This document shows, in pieces, positions 62,280-64,000 of a stretch of 64,000 nt of DNA (its first letter is position 1; every line of letters begins with the position of its first letter). The stretch covers positions 1 through 64,000 of the forward strand of contig JBCBZJ010000009.1 of assembly GCA_039815375.1 (NCBI GenBank), in the 5' to 3' direction. The translations under genes were made by a program, and so were the position numbers. The notes under the pieces are model-generated. The model saw only the letters and a list, made by a program, of their open reading frames with translations. It was not told the DNA's origin and made no database searches. The DNA is from Verrucomicrobiota bacterium (GTDB lineage: Bacteria > Verrucomicrobiota > Verrucomicrobiia > Opitutales > Coraliomargaritaceae).

Positions 62280-63339
62280 TGTGCGGGATGTTTTCGTTGT
62301 TTCCGGTGCGTGCGGAGGTGTAAACCGTAGTGATGAAACGTGCGACATCCAGTGCTTCATCAAGACTTGCAGCGACTGAAGAGGGCTTGCCCAGAATTGC
62401 GTCCTGGAAGCTTTGCGCCACCTCGCGATGCGAAGTACCATAATAGGCGATCCCCGGTGAATCCTGCGACGACGCTTCGTTGATCGCTTTGAGTTGCTTG
62501 CGGAACCGATGCTGGCGAGCTCGATCCTCCAGTGTGATGCGGAACACCTGATTGGGATGGCTGATGTCAAAAGCAACAAGCCCCTTTGAGCCGATCAATT
62601 CAATGTAGGGGCTCCATCGTGAGCCAGCTGATCCGATTACACTGAGAACGCCGAGTGCGCCACTGGCAAACTGGATGTTTGCGGTAAGTGTATCTTCGGT
62701 ATCCATGGCTTCGGAATAGTTCAGATTTCCCATCCGTGCAAAAACAGACTCTACCGGGCCACCGAAGTGGAGCAGCATGTCGGCGACGTGAAACGCCTGA
62801 TTGATGAGCACCGAACCACCTTCAAGTTCCCAGGAACCGCGCCATGCGCTTTCCTTATAATAGGCGATTGCCTCGCGGAAGCACTCAAGGTGGCCCCGGA
62901 TCAATGAAATGCGCCCCAAGGCACCTTCCTTGATGAGTTCGCCGATGAGTTGAATGACGGCATCATGACGATGCTGAATGACCGGCATCGCAATTGCAGA
63001 ACTGTCTTCTGCCGCGCTGTGGAGGGAGTCTATTTCCTCCATGCTGATCGCCGGGGGTTTTTCGATCAGCACATGCTTACCCGCCTGCAGTGCCTGTGTC
63101 GCCATTGGCACATGTAAATAGTGTGGGACGCAAAGCGAAATCGAGTCGATGCTTTCGTCAGCAAGTAGAGATTCATAGGAATCGATAACACGCGGTATCT
63201 GATTCTTTGTCGCGAAATCCTGCGCGAGTGTTGCGTCCTTATCGACAACAGCAACGAGTTCAATGTGAGGTAAACGTTGAAACGCATCCACGTGGTTAGG
63301 CGCGATTCTTCCGCATCCGATAATTGAGTGATTGAGCAT
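62260..63339 (-). CDS. Gfo/Idh/MocA NAD-dependent oxidoreductase
   Basis: IIGCGRIA, AGKHVLIEKP, WRG...GGSVLINQAFH. Confidence 0.92.
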   Translation of the reverse strand: MLNHSIIGCGRIAPNHVDAFQRLPHIELVAVVDKDATLAQDFATKNQIPRVIDSYESLLADESIDSISLCVPHYLHVPMATQALQAGKHVLIEKPPAISMEEIDSLHSAAEDSSAIAMPVIQHRHDAVIQLIGELIKEGALGRISLIRGHLECFREAIAYYKESAWRGSWELEGGSVLINQAFHVADMLLHFGGPVESVFARMGNLNYSEAMDTEDTLTANIQFASGALGVLSVIGSAGSRWSPYIELIGSKGLVAFDISHPNQVFRITLEDRARQHRFRKQLKAINEASSQDSPGIAYYGTSHREVAQSFQDAILGKPSSVAASLDEALDVARFITTVYTSARTGNNENIPHNELITA

Positions 63340-63441
63340 AAAAAGAGCTTACTAATTTACTGTTAGTGTTTGACAATTAAAATAACCTAAAATTAGGGAG
63401 TATATGCTCGTTTGCACATTTCAATTTTATTGCAGGCTACC

Positions 63442-64000
63442 ATGATCCGAAACATTCTTTACGGCACAAATCCCATTGTTTTTCATGCGCACAGCCATTA
63501 CCCGCGGCAGAGGCACTGGCCAAAAATCCGTGAGCATTTCTTTAATTCACAAGAACGTAGCTTAACTGCCTGTAGTGATGTTACGATTGTGACATGTAAT
63601 AACGGGCACAGCGCTATGGGACTTTTTGAGGATAGTCTGGCTCATTTTGGTCTGGACTGTGTCGTCAAGGGGCAGGGGATCGAAAATTGGATCAACAGTG
63701 AGCACAAACCACCTTTAATTCTGGAAGCTGCCGCCGAAACGACGACGCCCTACCTCCTTTATGTGGATTCCCGTGATGCGATTTTGATGGATGATCCGGC
63801 GATCCTGGTGGAGCGTTATGAGGCGCACTTCAGGGACTATGACATGGTTTTTAGTTCAGATCTGCTCAGCTGGCCAACCGTCTCCGAGTTTACGCGATTC
63901 GAACGTCAACTGCCGGGAGCTGCAGATACCGAATTCAAATACCTCAATGGCGGGGTCTGGATGGGACGGACAGATTTTTGTCGTGAATTCTGGGAGCGGG
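63442..64000 (+). CDS. Partial PLOD/LH3-type glycosyltransferase-domain protein (runs off window)
   Basis: Not in the ORF track. Manual translation is open to the end: LLYVDSRDAI (DxxD), MVFSSD..SWP, KYLNGGVWMG. Confidence 0.7.
   Translation, partial: MIRNILYGTNPIVFHAHSHYPRQRHWPKIREHFFNSQERSLTACSDVTIVTCNNGHSAMGLFEDSLAHFGLDCVVKGQGIENWINSEHKPPLILEAAAETTTPYLLYVDSRDAILMDDPAILVERYEAHFRDYDMVFSSDLLSWPTVSEFTRFERQLPGAADTEFKYLNGGVWMGRTDFCREFWER

Noticed and set aside
63370..63400. Perfect TTGACA -35 box
   Set aside because: The nearest -10-like TAAAAT is only 12 bp away, which is wrong spacing.
1..64000. CRISPR arrays, tRNA or rRNA genes
   Set aside because: None recognised by eye; not confirmed computationally.

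Overview
Bacterial genomic window, most likely Verrucomicrobiota (Opitutae-like), inferred from the PEP-CTERM proteins, the TtpBCD-type TonB motor and the ileS-dksA-lspA order. It has four blocks. (1) 1-23.3 kb: a purine/nucleoside utilisation island with apparently exported nucleoside hydrolase, Nup-family protein and Tat-signal adenosine deaminase, plus adenine deaminase, NCS2 permease, amidase, a TonB motor and guaD-xdhCAB-puuD-pucG-8-oxoguanine deaminase. Both divergent junctions carry paired sigma54-type promoters, and a candidate pseudoknotted riboswitch-like RNA lies at the left edge. (2) 23.4-34.5 kb: housekeeping genes (frameshifted DUF368, nadD, rsfS, hybrid kinase, lspA, dksA-like, ileS, Ca/Na antiporter, gpmI). 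(3) 34.6-48.4 kb: accessory surface-protein region with PEP-CTERM proteins, a CAP-domain protein, IS66/IS3 debris, and an uncharacterised module: phosphodiesterase-TPR-sulfotransferase fusion (internal TAG), PEP-CTERM protein, GNAT, two phage tail-collar proteins and DUF6916. (4) 48.7-64 kb: a hybrid PKS-NRPS cluster (Asp-type A domain, 1-bp frameshift) with ACP, glycosyltransferases, sulfotransferase and amino-sugar enzymes, running off the right edge. All calls come from motif reading; no database searches were run.
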